A DNA stretch of 59,673 bases, counting the filler, from Sphacelaria rigidula (lineage: Eukaryota): NCBI GenBank assembly GCA_964200075.2. It is 2 parts of 2 records of this genome, joined end to end, with 100 filler letters (N's around TTAATTAATTAA, not from the genome) between each part and the next. Parts side by side here need not be neighbours in the genome. Positions count along the whole stretch, not along the records: positions 1 to 29,826 come from CAXNAA020000073.1; 1 more part is not named here. One strand, 5' to 3'. The translations under genes were made by a program, and so were the position numbers. Shown piece by piece: positions 1 to 13,222 of this stretch (within the stretch, counting starts at the first letter, position 1; the number at the start of each line of letters is the position of its first letter). Under the pieces are notes generated by a model that made no database searches, was not told the origin of the DNA, and worked only from the letters and a program-made list of their open reading frames with translations.

Positions 1-1479
1 TGACTTCTTTATCCCATCTTACTCACGAGTCAACTTATTATACTAAAACCAAGTAATTTCCTGACGAATCATTATTTGTCCTAACCGTGATATAATTAGA
101 CTGTACGATTGAAGTCTGCAGTCTACAGCAGCACAGGTACCACAAGCAGCGTTGGTACCTACGAGTTGTTGTTCTGCATTTTTCACCACTATTTACGATA
201 TTTGCAGGGAAAATAGGTCAAACATCGTAATTTCTTCTGCCTCGGACGGCGCTCCTGCGCGGCATCCCCCACCAGCCGGGAGGGGTGATTAGCTGGGGGA
301 AAAATCGATGTACTGGCAATTGGCGCGGCCAGTATCGACCGAACTGAACAGAGCTGATGGTTAACAGCCCTTATAATAGCGCCGTTTTTTTCGTAGGGTT
401 AGGGTGAGTTCGGTAGGGTGTGAGAGGCTTCACAAATCTTACAGAACTGACGAGTACCGGGATGAAATTCATACTTCGAGAACTATAAATGTTTCATTTT
501 CACAAGAGGAGCATAGTGGAGGATCAGAGCGTATCAGGATCTGAGGGTTGTGGATCGGGGCGAATTTTTACAATATGCAACTTTCAGCCAGCCGGATTGC
601 AGTCAAGTACGAATCCGAGTATGCATAACCGGATTTACATTATTGTTCCGGTCGACGGAGGAAAGAACGAAACAGCTGTCACTTGGCTGTCATGTAGGGT
701 TGTATATCAACTATTTTTAGGAGTTGATTTGATACTTGATTTTTTCTTCCAAATCGGCTTGATTTAATCATGATGAATCAACTAATCAACAACACGTGAA
801 TTAAATCAACAAACTTGATTATTTGAATTTTTCGGTAGAATTTCAGCAGCACACAAGCCAAAACTCGGCTGAATTTTGTCGTGTGACAAATTAGAGCACA
901 CGAGCACGCATACGCAAGCCCACAGAGCAGCAGCACAGTAGACTTGTGTTCAATATTTTAGCTTAACCTGCTGCATCGGTACTCCAGCACCCCGTCTTCC
1001 TGCACTACCCCTGTATTTTACTTCGAAGTACTCTCAAATATGGAACATGTACGCCTCAAACCTGTCTGGCAAAAAAAACGAAAGTAGTAGCCAGATTGCC
1101 CGAAGATGCTTCTCGACGTTTACACTTGAAATGGTCAATGCTACCGTGTTTGTGCCGGTACGTTTCAATTTGGTGTCCGGGTGTTATAGAATGGTATATG
1201 ATTTTTGGTTACGTCTACTACACCATTGGTGACCTTGGTCCACGTGCATTGAAAGCCCCGCTTGGAATCGCTGCACGACCCGGCCCGGTTGACGGTCGTT
1301 TTCTCTCAGTCGACCGGCTTTGCACACATAAAATCCGGGCTTCACGAGCTACTTTTTTCCAAATAACACACCATGGATGCGAAAGAAGTGGCCGAAGTTC
1401 ACGAGGAAAACGAACGGAAATAGTTGAATCCATTTGAATTCGAATTATGATATGCCTTACATGAGGCATGAAAAAAAAC

Positions 1480-1955
1480 GAGTTCATGGTCGACGAGGGA
1501 AAGGGAGTGCTGAACCCTCTCTCTCGATGAAAAAATAAGGCAAGCACCGCAAAAACGAAGGTGGAGAGAGCAATGCTATGGTAGGGGTGCACAAAATGTT
1601 TCTGGGTAGGGGTACCGAACGGAGACTACAGTAATGCCGCGATAACCCCCCCCCCAAAAAACAAAAACAGGCATAAACCGGGCTGGATTGGAGGTGTGTA
1701 CGATACTCTACGATCAAGTATGTGCGATTCATGAGAAATGTCACCGGTCCAATAACACAGCGATGGAAGGCCTCAGACAAGATTTCGCGAAAGAAGTGCA
1801 CCCCTACCGTAGCATTGCTCGAGAACTCGAACAAATGACAAAGGACAAGAAGTCCTGTGTTGGCCTTCCTCTTGTGTTACCCCGGCTGGTGCGCCCACAT
1901 ATACCAGAAGGTATAGACTGGCGTCCAGAATAGATGGGATGACGACACACACAGT
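1480..1955. repeat. Dispersed repeat, inverted homologue of ~28590-28800
   Basis: 1480-1570 (GAGGGAAAGGGAGTGCTGAACCCTC...AAGGCAAGCACC) and 1855-1955 (CTGGTGCGCCCACATATACC...GGCGTCCAGAATAGATG) match the reverse complements of 28720-28800 and 28590-28690. Confidence 0.7.
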
Positions 1956-2044
1956 CATTCTGCGACAGGCGACCCCCATATCAGCCCCCGAAACTGTGAC
2001 GGGAAAAAAAATGCGGGGCACTTCAGCTTTTTTCATACAGCATG

Positions 2045-2376
2045 CACACGCGGCCATTTGGCTACCCTCAAAGTTACTCCAGGTCGGTCAACTTTTCGAG
2101 CCTCCAGAGGAATGAAACGCCCCCGGAGGTGTGCGCGGCCCTCCAGAGGAGATTCTTTGGTTTCCTCCACATGGATTAAGCGCCTTCGGAGGCTTGTTTT
2201 TGCCTCTGGAGAGCCGCGCATGCCCCAAATTCCTCCGGAGGGGTGCGCGGCCCTCCAGGTCGGTAGAGTTTTGTTTCCTCCAGTGGGATTGAAAGCCTCC
2301 GGAGGCTTGTTTTGCCTCTGGAGGGCCACGCATCCCTCTGGAGGCATTTTGGGGGGTAGCCAAATGGCCGCGTGTG
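2045..2376. mobile_element. CMC/CACTA-like MITE nested inside hAT element A
   Basis: Perfect 23-bp TIR CACACGCGGCCATTTGGCTACCC / GGGTAGCCAAATGGCCGCGTGTG. 2-bp TG flanks (2043-2044, 2377-2378). Interior is built of repeated CCTCC(A/G)GAGG motifs. Confidence 0.8.
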
Positions 2377-3243
2377 TGAGGTGCCTCATGGGCGACATTG
2401 GCGGATTTTACGACTACTGTAGCGATTTCGCAGCTGCCCTGTACACACACGAGATTCTTTTCTTCGTTTCGTGTGACATATCCACGTGAAATTTTGTTTG
2501 ACGTAGATTTTGTCACAGTGGGCTGTGCAAAACATTTCGTGAAATATTCTACAATACAGGGCTCTCGACCGCAGGTACGGAGTATGTACTTCGAACTAGA
2601 ATGATACAAAACGGGAGCAGCTGCCGGTTTTGGACGTGAGCTAACCTCGCCTGCGCTTACTACAGACAGTGCCGCGCAAATGCGTCGTCGCCAAAGCTCC
2701 GCCGACCGAACGTCCGTAAAAAGTCTGACCAGCGAAATTATATGGAGCTAGATCAATGAACATGAGACGACAACGTTTCCCTGTGACGACGGGTCGTGAG
2801 CGTCACCCCACCTCAATCCACGAAATACAGCACAGGCACCGTAGGTACGGTAGGTACACGGTGCCGCTATTCGGGACATCTCATACCCTACCGATACCGG
2901 TCCAATCGGGTATTTCAAAATGTCATACTTACGATTCCCACGATACCACGGTGTTTCGATATTTCAATACTAACGAGTCCATGAGTAGACATATCCGTCG
3001 ATCGATGGTTGCGCCGCAAGCAAAACAAAACGTTACACGACGCAAACGCCTCTTTTCTTCCCGGAGAAAATCAACTAATCATGATTAAATCAAGTTATTT
3101 TGACTTGATTGATTCAAGTTGATTAGATTATATAAATAAACTAATCAGCAAGGCGTTGACGTCATTATTGATATAAATCAAATCAACTTTTAAAATCAAA
3201 ATCAACCGTGATTTGATCGTTGATATACAACCCTACTGTCATG

Positions 3244-3450
3244 ATAATTTAGATAGAACCCACCACAGTTCGGACGAATCATTGCCGGTTCGAATAGCCA
3301 CATCCACGATTTCTTAGGCCTGATTGCTCGAGAGAAACAAGTCTACCGCTTGTCAAATAGGTCTCCACGCAACTTTTGCACCATTCCATGTGCCTGGGCT
3401 GCGCGTACCTGGCTTGCAACGCTGAAAACAAAGCCTAAGGATTAATTCGT
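3244..3450 (-). repeat. Old dispersed repeat family (other copies ~29995-30185 + and ~50572-50760 +), probably interrupted here by hAT element A
   Basis: All three copies share TTTTCAGCG(T/A)TGCA...CCAGGTACG(C/T)GCA(G/C)CCCA...GCAAAA(A/G)TTGC and a downstream GAACC...TGA(T/A)TCGTCCG block. Confidence 0.65.
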
Positions 3451-5415
3451 ACGGTAAATCACCTACACTAAAATCAAGTAGTTTTCAGACGAATCATCAA
3501 TTCGTCCGACCGTGGGAACCTGCAAACAGTGCAGTGGAGTACAGTACAGACAGTACAGTATCGTTCACTGTTCTCAACGAAGCACCTCCAGCTTCTCCTC
3601 GATGTTTGTAATGGGGACACACACACAGCACAGTGGAAGAGCACACTCGGCACACAATACACACACTTCGCTGTAGGCTTAAAAGAGGGAAGCCAGAAGA
3701 GAGAGAGGGAGGGAGAGATAGCAACACACAGTAGGACACAGCAACCACAGCAGAACCCAGATGCTTTGCCTTGGGTTGCCGACGTCAAATACTGTATGCA
3801 CCAGAGGGAAGGCACCCTCAGTACACATTACACGAACTCTTGGCTGTATACTGAGAAGAGGCGAGGCAGAAAAGACAGGAGAGAGACCAACACAGACAGC
3901 GATGACCACAGTAGATGCGAACTCCTTGCGGATTTTGACTACAGCCAGGCTCACCTTGCCGATTGTGTGGTCGCTCCATCCTTGTTGTCCGGGGCAAAAC
4001 TTCACGACGTGACGACCCGGTTTGAGTTCGCTCGTAGTAGGGTTGGTACGGCGTCAACACTTCTTGTCCGCTTGTCAAACCCCGTGTGAAGCGCAGCTAT
4101 GAAGCACAGACAGTTCAGCAGTGCAAGGTCGCACCTGTACAGTCGCCATTTGCCACCGTGGAAGCCAAGATACGTCCGCCGCCCGCGGACGTTGCGACCA
4201 CAAGCGCCCGTACTACCACCGTTTGTCGACAGTCGACAGACGGCATGACGGAGAGTAGTTCGAGTCAATCAGATCACGTACTTCATCACCCCTTCCCATC
4301 TTAGCCACGGACGGTGTCGGCACACAAAGAAGAAAGCAGCAATGAAGCTGAACCTTCTTGAGGGTGTTTAAAGTGATTCGGAGAGCCGGTTGCTGCGTGT
4401 GATACCTCCAACCTTCAAAAGTGCCTCGTTTGAAGTTGCGATAGTCAAGTCTGAGAAGTTCAATCAAGACTAGCGCTGGTCAAAAGGGATCGAGTTGGGC
4501 TGTTCTTGAGACCGCTCACAGAAAAAAGCGAAACACAACGCCATGAGCACCAATGAAGCTGAAACTTGTTCAGAGCGTCTCGATTGATGTTAGAAGAGCG
4601 GTGGGACGGTTTTTTCGCGCAGCGCGGTTTCGAATCAGTTGGGGGGGAAAAAAGTGCGTGGTTCAGAGCTTCGTAATGAGCCCCGGACGGATAGGACACT
4701 TTTTGAATTTCGATCCAGTAGAAGCCTTTTCGGCCGAGGGCCTCGAAGGAAAACTGCAAGGCAGGGGCACTCGACACAGCAAATAAGCTACTGAGAGTGA
4801 TCATGTATGCACAGGTGTGCTGATCGTATATAATTCGTGAGAAAGACGAGCAGTCCTCACCAGACTCTGGTGGGACGGGAATTGCTCTTTGTTATATTAT
4901 TTTTACCTGATTGACGATCGTGAACTGCAACATGCAACAACATGCGATACACGAAACTCGTCCTACTGAGAGCGACACGTATACGCGCAGCAAGAGTACG
5001 CTGTTCGCGACATGAACAGGAAGGGAGGAAAGGAAACAAACCATCACGAGCTCCAGCACCAAGGAAACGACGATTTCATCAGTCCTTCAATATAGTTTCG
5101 AGTAATCCCATCCGTCCCTCTGCCCCCTTCCCTCTGCTTTTGTTCAACGATCTGTCCTTTTTGTGTCACTTTCTCCGCTCATGAATCCGAAAATTGATGA
5201 CTTCTGAGGATATATGGCGAAGGTGAACCCTCCATCTAGATATAATGTTTGGGGAGCATCAACAAGGGTTATACACAAGTGACATTCGATTATGTGCGTT
5301 TCCAATCATATCAATAGCTAGCGCCTCCACCCGCCGGAATCTAGCTTACACATATTCGTAGACCGCTGCCGTTTTAGCGTGCAGTTTACAAAACAAATAA
5401 ATCGGTCGGTGCTCA

Positions 5416-5931
<516 letters not shown>

Positions 5932-6256
5932 TCACCCCTGGCGTTTCGCTCCCGTGCGGCAACGACTACCGACAGCCATCACGGGCGTTCCGCCTACGGG
6001 ATGCCAAACCCCACCTCCAGGGGTGGAGGGTGCGTCGACATCTCATATTTGACTGAACAACCCAAATCGTAGGAAAAGTGCACGCTCCATTTCGCGTCAA
6101 GTATACAGTACGCGGATGACCGACTTCCACGTGACTTTTCAAAGTGCGTGACGTGCCCACCTTCAGACCACACGGACTACCGACCATGCAGTAGATATGC
6201 ATCACAGTGATGATGAGGTCAGCAAGTATCAGCGTGTGTCGACTTCTTAATATTTG

Positions 6257-6517
6257 AGTTAAGACTAGTGCCGAGATAGCCCCCCCACGAAAAGTGCACC
6301 GAAGACCGCTCGACAAACCGGCTCCGATCCCACTGTTGGGCTCGTTTGCAGCAATCTCGCCCACATGAGGGGCGTGTATCAGTCCGAAATCAGCTATGAC
6401 GCCCATATGAGTCGCGTTGTGCAGCACGAAATCAGCTCTAACGGCATTTATGATCATCGTCTCCGTGCATTTTTTCGGCTGGTTCGGGGGGGGGCAATCT
6501 CGGCAGCAGTCTTAACT
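6257..6517. mobile_element. MITE with ~30-bp TIRs, probably TTAA-flanked (core 6263-6511)
   Basis: AGTTAAGACTAGTGCCGAGATAGCCCCCCC versus GGGGGGGCAATCTCGGCAGCAGTCTTAACT (inverted, few mismatches). Internal TCGCCCACATGAGG is shared with the copy at 52708-52960. Confidence 0.75.
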
Positions 6518-7064
6518 ACCCCAATCGAGAAGGGCATGCCGATATCATTCATTGGCATTGCATTACAGTCCAAATTGGCAACAACTACCAACAGCCATCA
6601 CGCAGCGATTAGCGTTGTTGTGATGAGGTCGCCAAGCATCGTGGGCCTTTCCAAATTCAAATTGCCAACGACTGCCAACAAGCACGCAAACGGTCGGCTT
6701 GGGTTGTTCTTCGAGGTATCTGATTTCATCTCTCCAAAGCGTGAGGACGTGGCTAGACAAAAAGTAGTCGACTGAGAGTGTTTGACTTTAGTTGAGGCGA
6801 TGCGGGAGTCTTGACCTAATCCGTGAGATTAAAACGCACGGCGTGTGCCGGGGAGAGACGAGTTGATTCCTTGAGACCACGGGCTCATCCCGAGAAAAGG
6901 GAGGGATGTAACCTGCGACAAAAAAAACACGAAAAAAAAGTACGATTGTGATGAACTCATCACCAAGCATCATGTTGTGTCTCTTCAAATTCTGTGTTGG
7001 CTTGGATCCCAATCGCGACGGGTATTGTGTGGAGAGTCCACTTCTCCACTTCCTTCGCCATACA

Positions 7065-7273
7065 TTAACCCTAAGGCCGCCAGGGTAGTCCATCTGGATC
7101 GTGCATATTTTTTCAAGTGAAATCGATGTCGATTCGGCAGATGATCCACTTTCGCAGTCTAAGGGTTAACCCTTGGACCGCGATGCGGATAGTCCATCTG
7201 ATTCACAATGTTCTTTTCAAGTGAAATTGATGCCGATTCAGCAGGTGACCTACCGTGGCGTTCAAAGGGTTAA
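7065..7273. mobile_element. Two tandem ~100-bp piggyBac-type MITEs (7069-7165, 7170-7269) sharing a central TTAA
   Basis: TTAA|CCCT...AGGG|TTAA|CCCT...AGGG|TTAA, with TTAA at 7065, 7166 and 7270. Both units contain TAGTCCATCTG...TTTTCAAGTGAAAT.GATG.CGATTC.GCAG. Confidence 0.85.
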
Positions 7274-8101
7274 GCCATATTTCTGACAGGTTGAGACAAC
7301 ACCACCTGCACGCGGCTCTGCGGGAAAACGACACACTGGCTCCCCACCCCCATCCCACCTCCCTGCGCTTGTATACAGGATAACTTCAATACGCAGGACA
7401 AAATGAAAGCCAGACTTACACATCTTCGTAGAAAGATTTTGTATGAATTTAAGAAGCACATATTTTTGTCCATCTTCAAATTAATAGAAAAAAAAGTTCA
7501 TGAAAATCAGACGGATTTCAGTATCGATACACCCATAAGGTAACAAGCTTCCAGTATACCAATGGCAGGTAATTTTTCGGCACATTTTTCAACTAACCGA
7601 AAGACATACCCCACACCCCTATGTAACCCTAGTCGTGACTATACCAAGCGTTCGGATCGGCCACTGCTTGGACCAATCATGCCTGCGCCTTACCGGACGC
7701 GCGTCCACAGTGACAACTCTGCACCGGGCCTGCCCGTACCACGCCGTCCCGAAGGCCTACCCCAAAGAAGTAATGGCTGTCGCCCAAGTGGACCCGCTCG
7801 TGTGCGTGAGTAATTGTTCTCGATTCGTCAGTACCAATTACGTGCCTTGCTTCGGCTCTCGACTGAAACATCATGCCCACTTAGTCTCATACGCTATATT
7901 GTACTCGGATATGTACCCAGTTTAAACCTGTTCTCCATCAGCCACGACTGTTCGACTTCACGATAGCCACGGTCATTCTCCATGTTGCAGACCCTATGAA
8001 ACAGTTTTCAGATCTATTTCATCGTAGAAAAGCACGCCAATACCGTTCATTAGCGTTACATTACATTTTTCACTGCACGGCCGCGTGATATAAAAAGAGT
8101 T

Positions 8102-8240
8102 GGAGGGGGGAAGGGGGGGGGGGGGGGGGGGAGGGGGGGGGGGGGGGGGGAGGAAGCCCTCCGACCCCCCTGACGGTACACCCAACCACGGGGNNNNNNN
8201 NNNGGTGGGGGGGGGGGGGGGGGGGTGGCGGCGGGGGGGG
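8102..8240. repeat. Poly-G tracts around an N gap
   Basis: Long G runs on both sides of a 10-N gap. A similar poly-C plus gap region lies at ~56681-56857. Confidence 0.8.
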
Positions 8241-9057
8241 CAGGAGGGTCGAGGATGGAGAGTAAGCTCTCCGAACACTCGTACTGTACACTCGACGACG
8301 GTGATGTGCGCGTGATCCCTCTCGTGCGGCCTTCTTTTGTTGTACCCCAAAATTCGTCACCTAAACGTACGCCGTCGCTTGTCTAGATGAGCATCGTTCG
8401 TCGTTCGTGACTCGTCCGCTCACTGCAGAATGAGAATCGGGACATGGTTCCCATATTTTCCCTGGGGGACGCGACACGATTAGGTGAACCTGAACACTTT
8501 CGGACCAAACACCAGCCAAAATAAGGACAAGTTCATCTCAGTATACTCCGTCCGAAGTGGCCTTGCACCGCATTGTGACAACAACAGTCCCGGGTATACG
8601 TATTTTACCGAAGATCGCCCTTCTTCGGAGCGTATACTGGAGGTTGGTTGGTCTTGCGCTGTTGTACGGAAAATTTACGCTTCGACGATGCCGTACAATT
8701 TGTTTGCGCTGTCTACCTTGGGGACGTCTATCGTATGACCACGCCTGGGTTCCTCGGGAAGTAGTTAATGTGTGACAATCAATCAGGTGAGGAACAGAAT
8801 ATTCCGTCCTCCTCATTCAGCGATCACTACCAACCTGACCGACCGGCCCAGATCCCAACCCCAACCGAAACCCCAACCTCCACCAGTATACGCTCGTGTG
8901 CGACGGCCGAGAGTACATCAAGGTCATCTGCGTGAGCACAACACCTGACCAGCCTATGCTGGCAAGCATCTCGTGCGATTGCGTTGACAGAAGCTAATCC
9001 GCCCTTACCGCGTTGACAAACCGAATTGCTCAAACCTAGATCCCTAGAGAGCCTGTA

Positions 9058-10516
9058 CAGGCTGGTGACGGAAAAGAAAAAAAAATTGCCATCAGCAAAC
9101 ATGGTACTATACTGACTGCAATGAACAGGCGAAGAGGGTGACATAGCCGGATTTTTGTTTAAAGCTATAGCGGTGGCGCTATGAGCAAAAATGTGTCTCG
9201 ACCAATCAACGCTTTTACTGTTCCGAAATTGAAAATACGAATTCCAAGCCCAATTTCCACCGAATCTCCACATGCTTCAAATCGTAGTGACCGTCATCAC
9301 CTCAAGAATCTGACGGGAGAAACGGATTTGAAAATGGTTCCAATGAGGTCGGGTTATACCCGAAACCGTAATGTTTCGGTGATGTGGAGTTCGGCGTCGT
9401 CTAATTTCCATTCATGATACGCAGAAAAGACTCAGTCAGCCTCGTGATGATTTCCCTTATATCTGTTATAGAAAAGCTCAGATCATCCTCAAACTTGGCA
9501 GTTCCGTAGGTATTGATGCTTCAAATGTAAAAATTGTGCTCTTAGAAAGGGTTCAAATTTTTCCCGTTCTCTACCGGCTTCCGGGGGTCCCAGTACAAAG
9601 ACCCCCGGAAGGCAGTACAGAATGACTAAAAAACAATAATAATAGCATGATGCGTCCCGGAATGGTCCAAGGAACACATGTACGAAGTTTGGTGGAGAAA
9701 CTCGAGAATCTCATACAATATTTCCTGCCTTGACGTAAAGTCCACCCTAAAAGATGTTTTTACACTCAAACCAAGTAGTTAGGAGTTTGCACGTTTTAAG
9801 CTCACATCCTCGCACAAACGCGCAAATCTTCACGTATTTATCAGGAGTTAGACCCTGAAACTTTGCGCAAATGTGCTATGAATCATTACGTAGATTTCAA
9901 TCAACGAGGTTTTTCTAAATCTTGAATGTTTTACCGTTTTTCGGGGGTCCGACGGGAATCAAATCGTTTTTTTGAAGTCGTCCATTCTGGGACCCCGGAA
10001 AACCGGCATTACGGTCTTTTTTTCATTGTGTTCGCGAACGCTCCGTCGCCGCAAAACCCAAGGAAGAACCCCGCACAGTTTCGTGGCCAAACTCGATTAA
10101 CTGGTGCTTGAATTTTCATGTTCACGTCAAGGGAGGCCCAAAAACGCCACTTTTGAACTAAAATCTAGTAGTTTGCCGTTTCACCGTGGGACGGCAACGG
10201 TCATCGCACAAACGCGAAAAACTTCACGCCGTTTTAAGGAGTTAGACCCTGAAATTTTGCGCAACTGTACGATGGGTCATTACGCAACTTTGGATGGACG
10301 AGATTTGTTTCTACCGTTTTACGGGGGGTCCGACGGGATCGAAGTTTCCCCGAAAAAGCTGGGACCCCGGAAAAACGGTGAATAAAGTAAGAAAGTAAAA
10401 ACAAACTCGGCCTTGGTAATGAACCATAGAACACCTGTGCAAAATTTTGGGTCTAACTCCTTAAAATGGCGTCAAGTTTTGCCGATGATGTTTTTTTTTT
10501 CCTGTGAACCAGCCTG
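9058..10516. mobile_element. Non-autonomous Tc1/mariner-like (TA-target) element, ~1.46 kb
   Basis: TA|CAGGCTGGTGACGGAAAAG... and ...TTCCTGTGAACCAGCCTG|TA are inverted ends with TA flanks. Internal direct repeat 9810-9965 / 10205-10350. Confidence 0.75.
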
Positions 10517-12144
10517 TAACCATTTTTGGTTCAAAAGTGTTACGAGTACACCTGATCGTATCATTTAGCCCCCTATTTTAATCTACCCGTGCTTCACAAT
10601 AGCGGATTGCCTCTAGACTTCGATTTCTTTCGAACTATTCGCCGAAGATTGTAAAAATTGTAACGTCTGGTCAGCAGGCAGTACATATGGATTATGACCA
10701 AGTACATGACAGAATGACAAAGCAAACATGCATGGGTGATGGAACACACACGAACATTCGCACCTGAGCGATTGCTAGTGAAAGGCGAACGATCAAGGAC
10801 GAGGTCCGGCCAGCACACCATCACACACAAACTCCAGCAGCTCGTCCTTGCCTCCTGCTGTAGCGGCCAAATCTCTTCCATCGACCGTATCTCCCGCGCT
10901 CAGACCTACCCCCGCAGCGCTAATTTCACCCGTGCCAGAGGGAGATTTTAGGCTGCACAACAACGCCGGGGGGTTCTTCGTAGATCCCCCAGATATCAAC
11001 AGCTGTATCCCAACAATCCACCCAGGCAGCAGCTGCCGCCGCCGCGTTTTCATGGGTACCTGGGCGTCGTTTTTAACCCTCGTGAAGGAAAAATGTGGCA
11101 TGTTGATGCAGGGGGGGGATGTGCTCATGATCTTGCCTGCCATAGTCATAAGACCATCGGCGTCGCATCCCCACAAATCCGGGACGGAGCGGAGCACGCC
11201 GGGTTTTCGCCGGACCAGGCTCGCAATCAATCACCAAGCGCGAAGCGTCGTGATGTATTCGGCGGGTCGCATGATGGGTGAGCTGCATCCTCCTAAGACT
11301 CTTCAGCTTGAAGCGTACCAAGTATGTTGCATAAGGATGACAGGTTCGATTGAGTTACTTCATGTTCTGGTCTCGTCACTTTCAGAAGCAGCCAAAGGTT
11401 GCACTGCCTCAAGGGTGTCCCACCGTTTGAATACTACGTTGCACGATCATCCTCTTTGCGCGGAGATGAGATTCTCCCACGCCGCACAATGTGATCTAAC
11501 TCGACCACCATCATGGCTACCGCAGAAAAATACGCGAGCAGAAATAAAAACTCAGGCCTGGTTTGTGGGAGCAAGAGGGGGAGGGGGGGGAGGCGTCATG
11601 TTTTCCACACTCTAGTCGCTGTTTGAGCATCGGCTACGTCCTCTGTCATCGTTTTAATGTGAAACCTTCGGCTCGACTGTGGATTGCGTCTCTTAATCTA
11701 GATGCGCACCCACTCATAACTTTTTGGGACTCAAGTATCATGTACCAATGCCGTGCAATGTAACGTCCGTACATACCTTGCAGTAAAAGGTTGAACGCCA
11801 GGGAGGATCATCGGTTGGGTTGCCATAATTCTCTCTCGAAGAATGACAGTGACCAAGATGTCTCGCCCTGATGATGAAGGAGTAAAACCTTAGAAATAAA
11901 AAACCACATGTATGGATCACGAACTTTATCGCGCGAGGCATCCTATAACTTCGTCAACTCTCTGGTCCGCGAGACGGTAAGAAGGGACCCTGCTTCTGAT
12001 GTTCCTTCACCAATCCCGTACCCACCCCTTGTCCTCCGGGAGGGAATCAGGGTGAGTCAGCGAGGGACGGTGAGGATGTAAAACGACGCGTTCGTGTTCG
12101 GCAGGATGTGCAGCAAATCTAGGAAGTGAATCGGGATGCCGCTA

Positions 12145-12757
12145 CGAGCTGGGCCAGCTCAAAAGCGGCAAAACGTTGCTCACACCACAGCTTTGCCAGT
12201 TTCCCGAATGAACCCGATGTAAGGTAACCACTGTGAACTGCAGACCCACCTGATGGCAAAGGACTGCGTCGCTGTCCGATTGGCGTCGTATTGCCGATGA
12301 CCTTATTGTACTGCATAGAGTACGGGGTGCTCCTCATATCGTTGGGTGATAGCGTGTCGGAGTGCTTTTTTTAATGCGGTGGGTTCACGTCAGCAATCCC
12401 CGCACTGGGTATTAGTGGGGTGCAGCAGCGTCACGCAAAACGTTGCACGCACGGCCCAATCCGACGACTCTTGAGCTGAAATTTTTCGAAGACCTTCTGC
12501 ACCCAAGGGAATGATACGTCCCGTGAGCAACTGCAGATTCTCATTTTTTTGCTGGACTTGTGACATTATTTTGTTTTTGCTGAAATTTGAAATCCCCATA
12601 ACTTCCTGCTTTGTTCTTTTTTTTGCTTTGCTGCTCACGTGATGTTCTGCACGTCGATCATAAAAAGCTGCTGTCAAAATTTCAGCGTCCAACTCCTTAT
12701 ATCGCACCGTGCGTCGCTTGAGCAAGAAAACCACCCATTGTTGACTGGCCCAGCTCG
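12145..12757. mobile_element. Tc1/mariner-like MITE, 613 bp
   Basis: TA|CGAGCTGGGCCAG ... CTGGCCCAGCTCG|TA: perfect 13-bp TIR with TA flanks. A homologous copy lies in opposite orientation at 47853-48446. Confidence 0.75.
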
Positions 12758-13222
12758 TATCGAGTACGAGTCCCCGTTGTCGGCGATGTGATCGGTTTTG
12801 GAATTTCCCCATCGGCTGTCTCCCTTCTTCACCGGAAAAGTGGAAACGAACCATAGTTTCACGAAAAACGGTTGGAGCGCAAGTGCCACATTTTACACCC
12901 CAACGCACGGTGTCAAAGCAGCAGCAGCACAAGCACCCAATATGATCGCCACCACCCCCAAGAGCAGCAAACTGATATCTAGGATGGGGTGCAGTCGTAG
13001 TACGTGCGATATTGGGGCTGAGTGTGCACCAAACTGCATGAAACAAACGGCAGGACTGACTTCTGGGGGTGCTCAGTTACCAGGTTGAAAATGGAAGCTT
13101 GCATCGCGATAAAAACACTTCGCGAACCTTCCCAGAAAAAGAAGAATGAGAAAACATGCATATATGAGGAATTGGCGCTGCTATCTACGGTTTTGAACGG
13201 TATCATCACACCCTGGCAAGTA

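Larger units (their letters stand above)
695..3235. mobile_element. Non-autonomous hAT DNA transposon (element A), 2.5 kb, with nested insertions
   Basis: Perfect 17-bp TIRs TAGGGTTGTATATCAAC (695-711) / GTTGATATACAACCCTA (3219-3235). Perfect 8-bp TSD CTGTCATG at 687-694 and 3236-3243. Dense subterminal ATCAA/TTGAT motifs at both ends. Confidence 0.93.

Noticed and set aside
3385-3430. Minus-strand TTTTCAG...CCAG|GTAC as a micro-exon of TrxR
   Set aside because: It is part of a dispersed repeat with copies near 30010 and 50590, and does not encode the expected TrxR continuation.
7630-8765. Exon-like plus-strand segments (7630-7805 ending GTGAGT; 8540-8765)
   Set aside because: No recognisable protein family and no consistent frame linking them.
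10793-11615. Overlapping 255-aa (+) and 145-aa (-) ORFs
   Set aside because: No motif, splice context or partner exons could be supported, so they are left unannotated.
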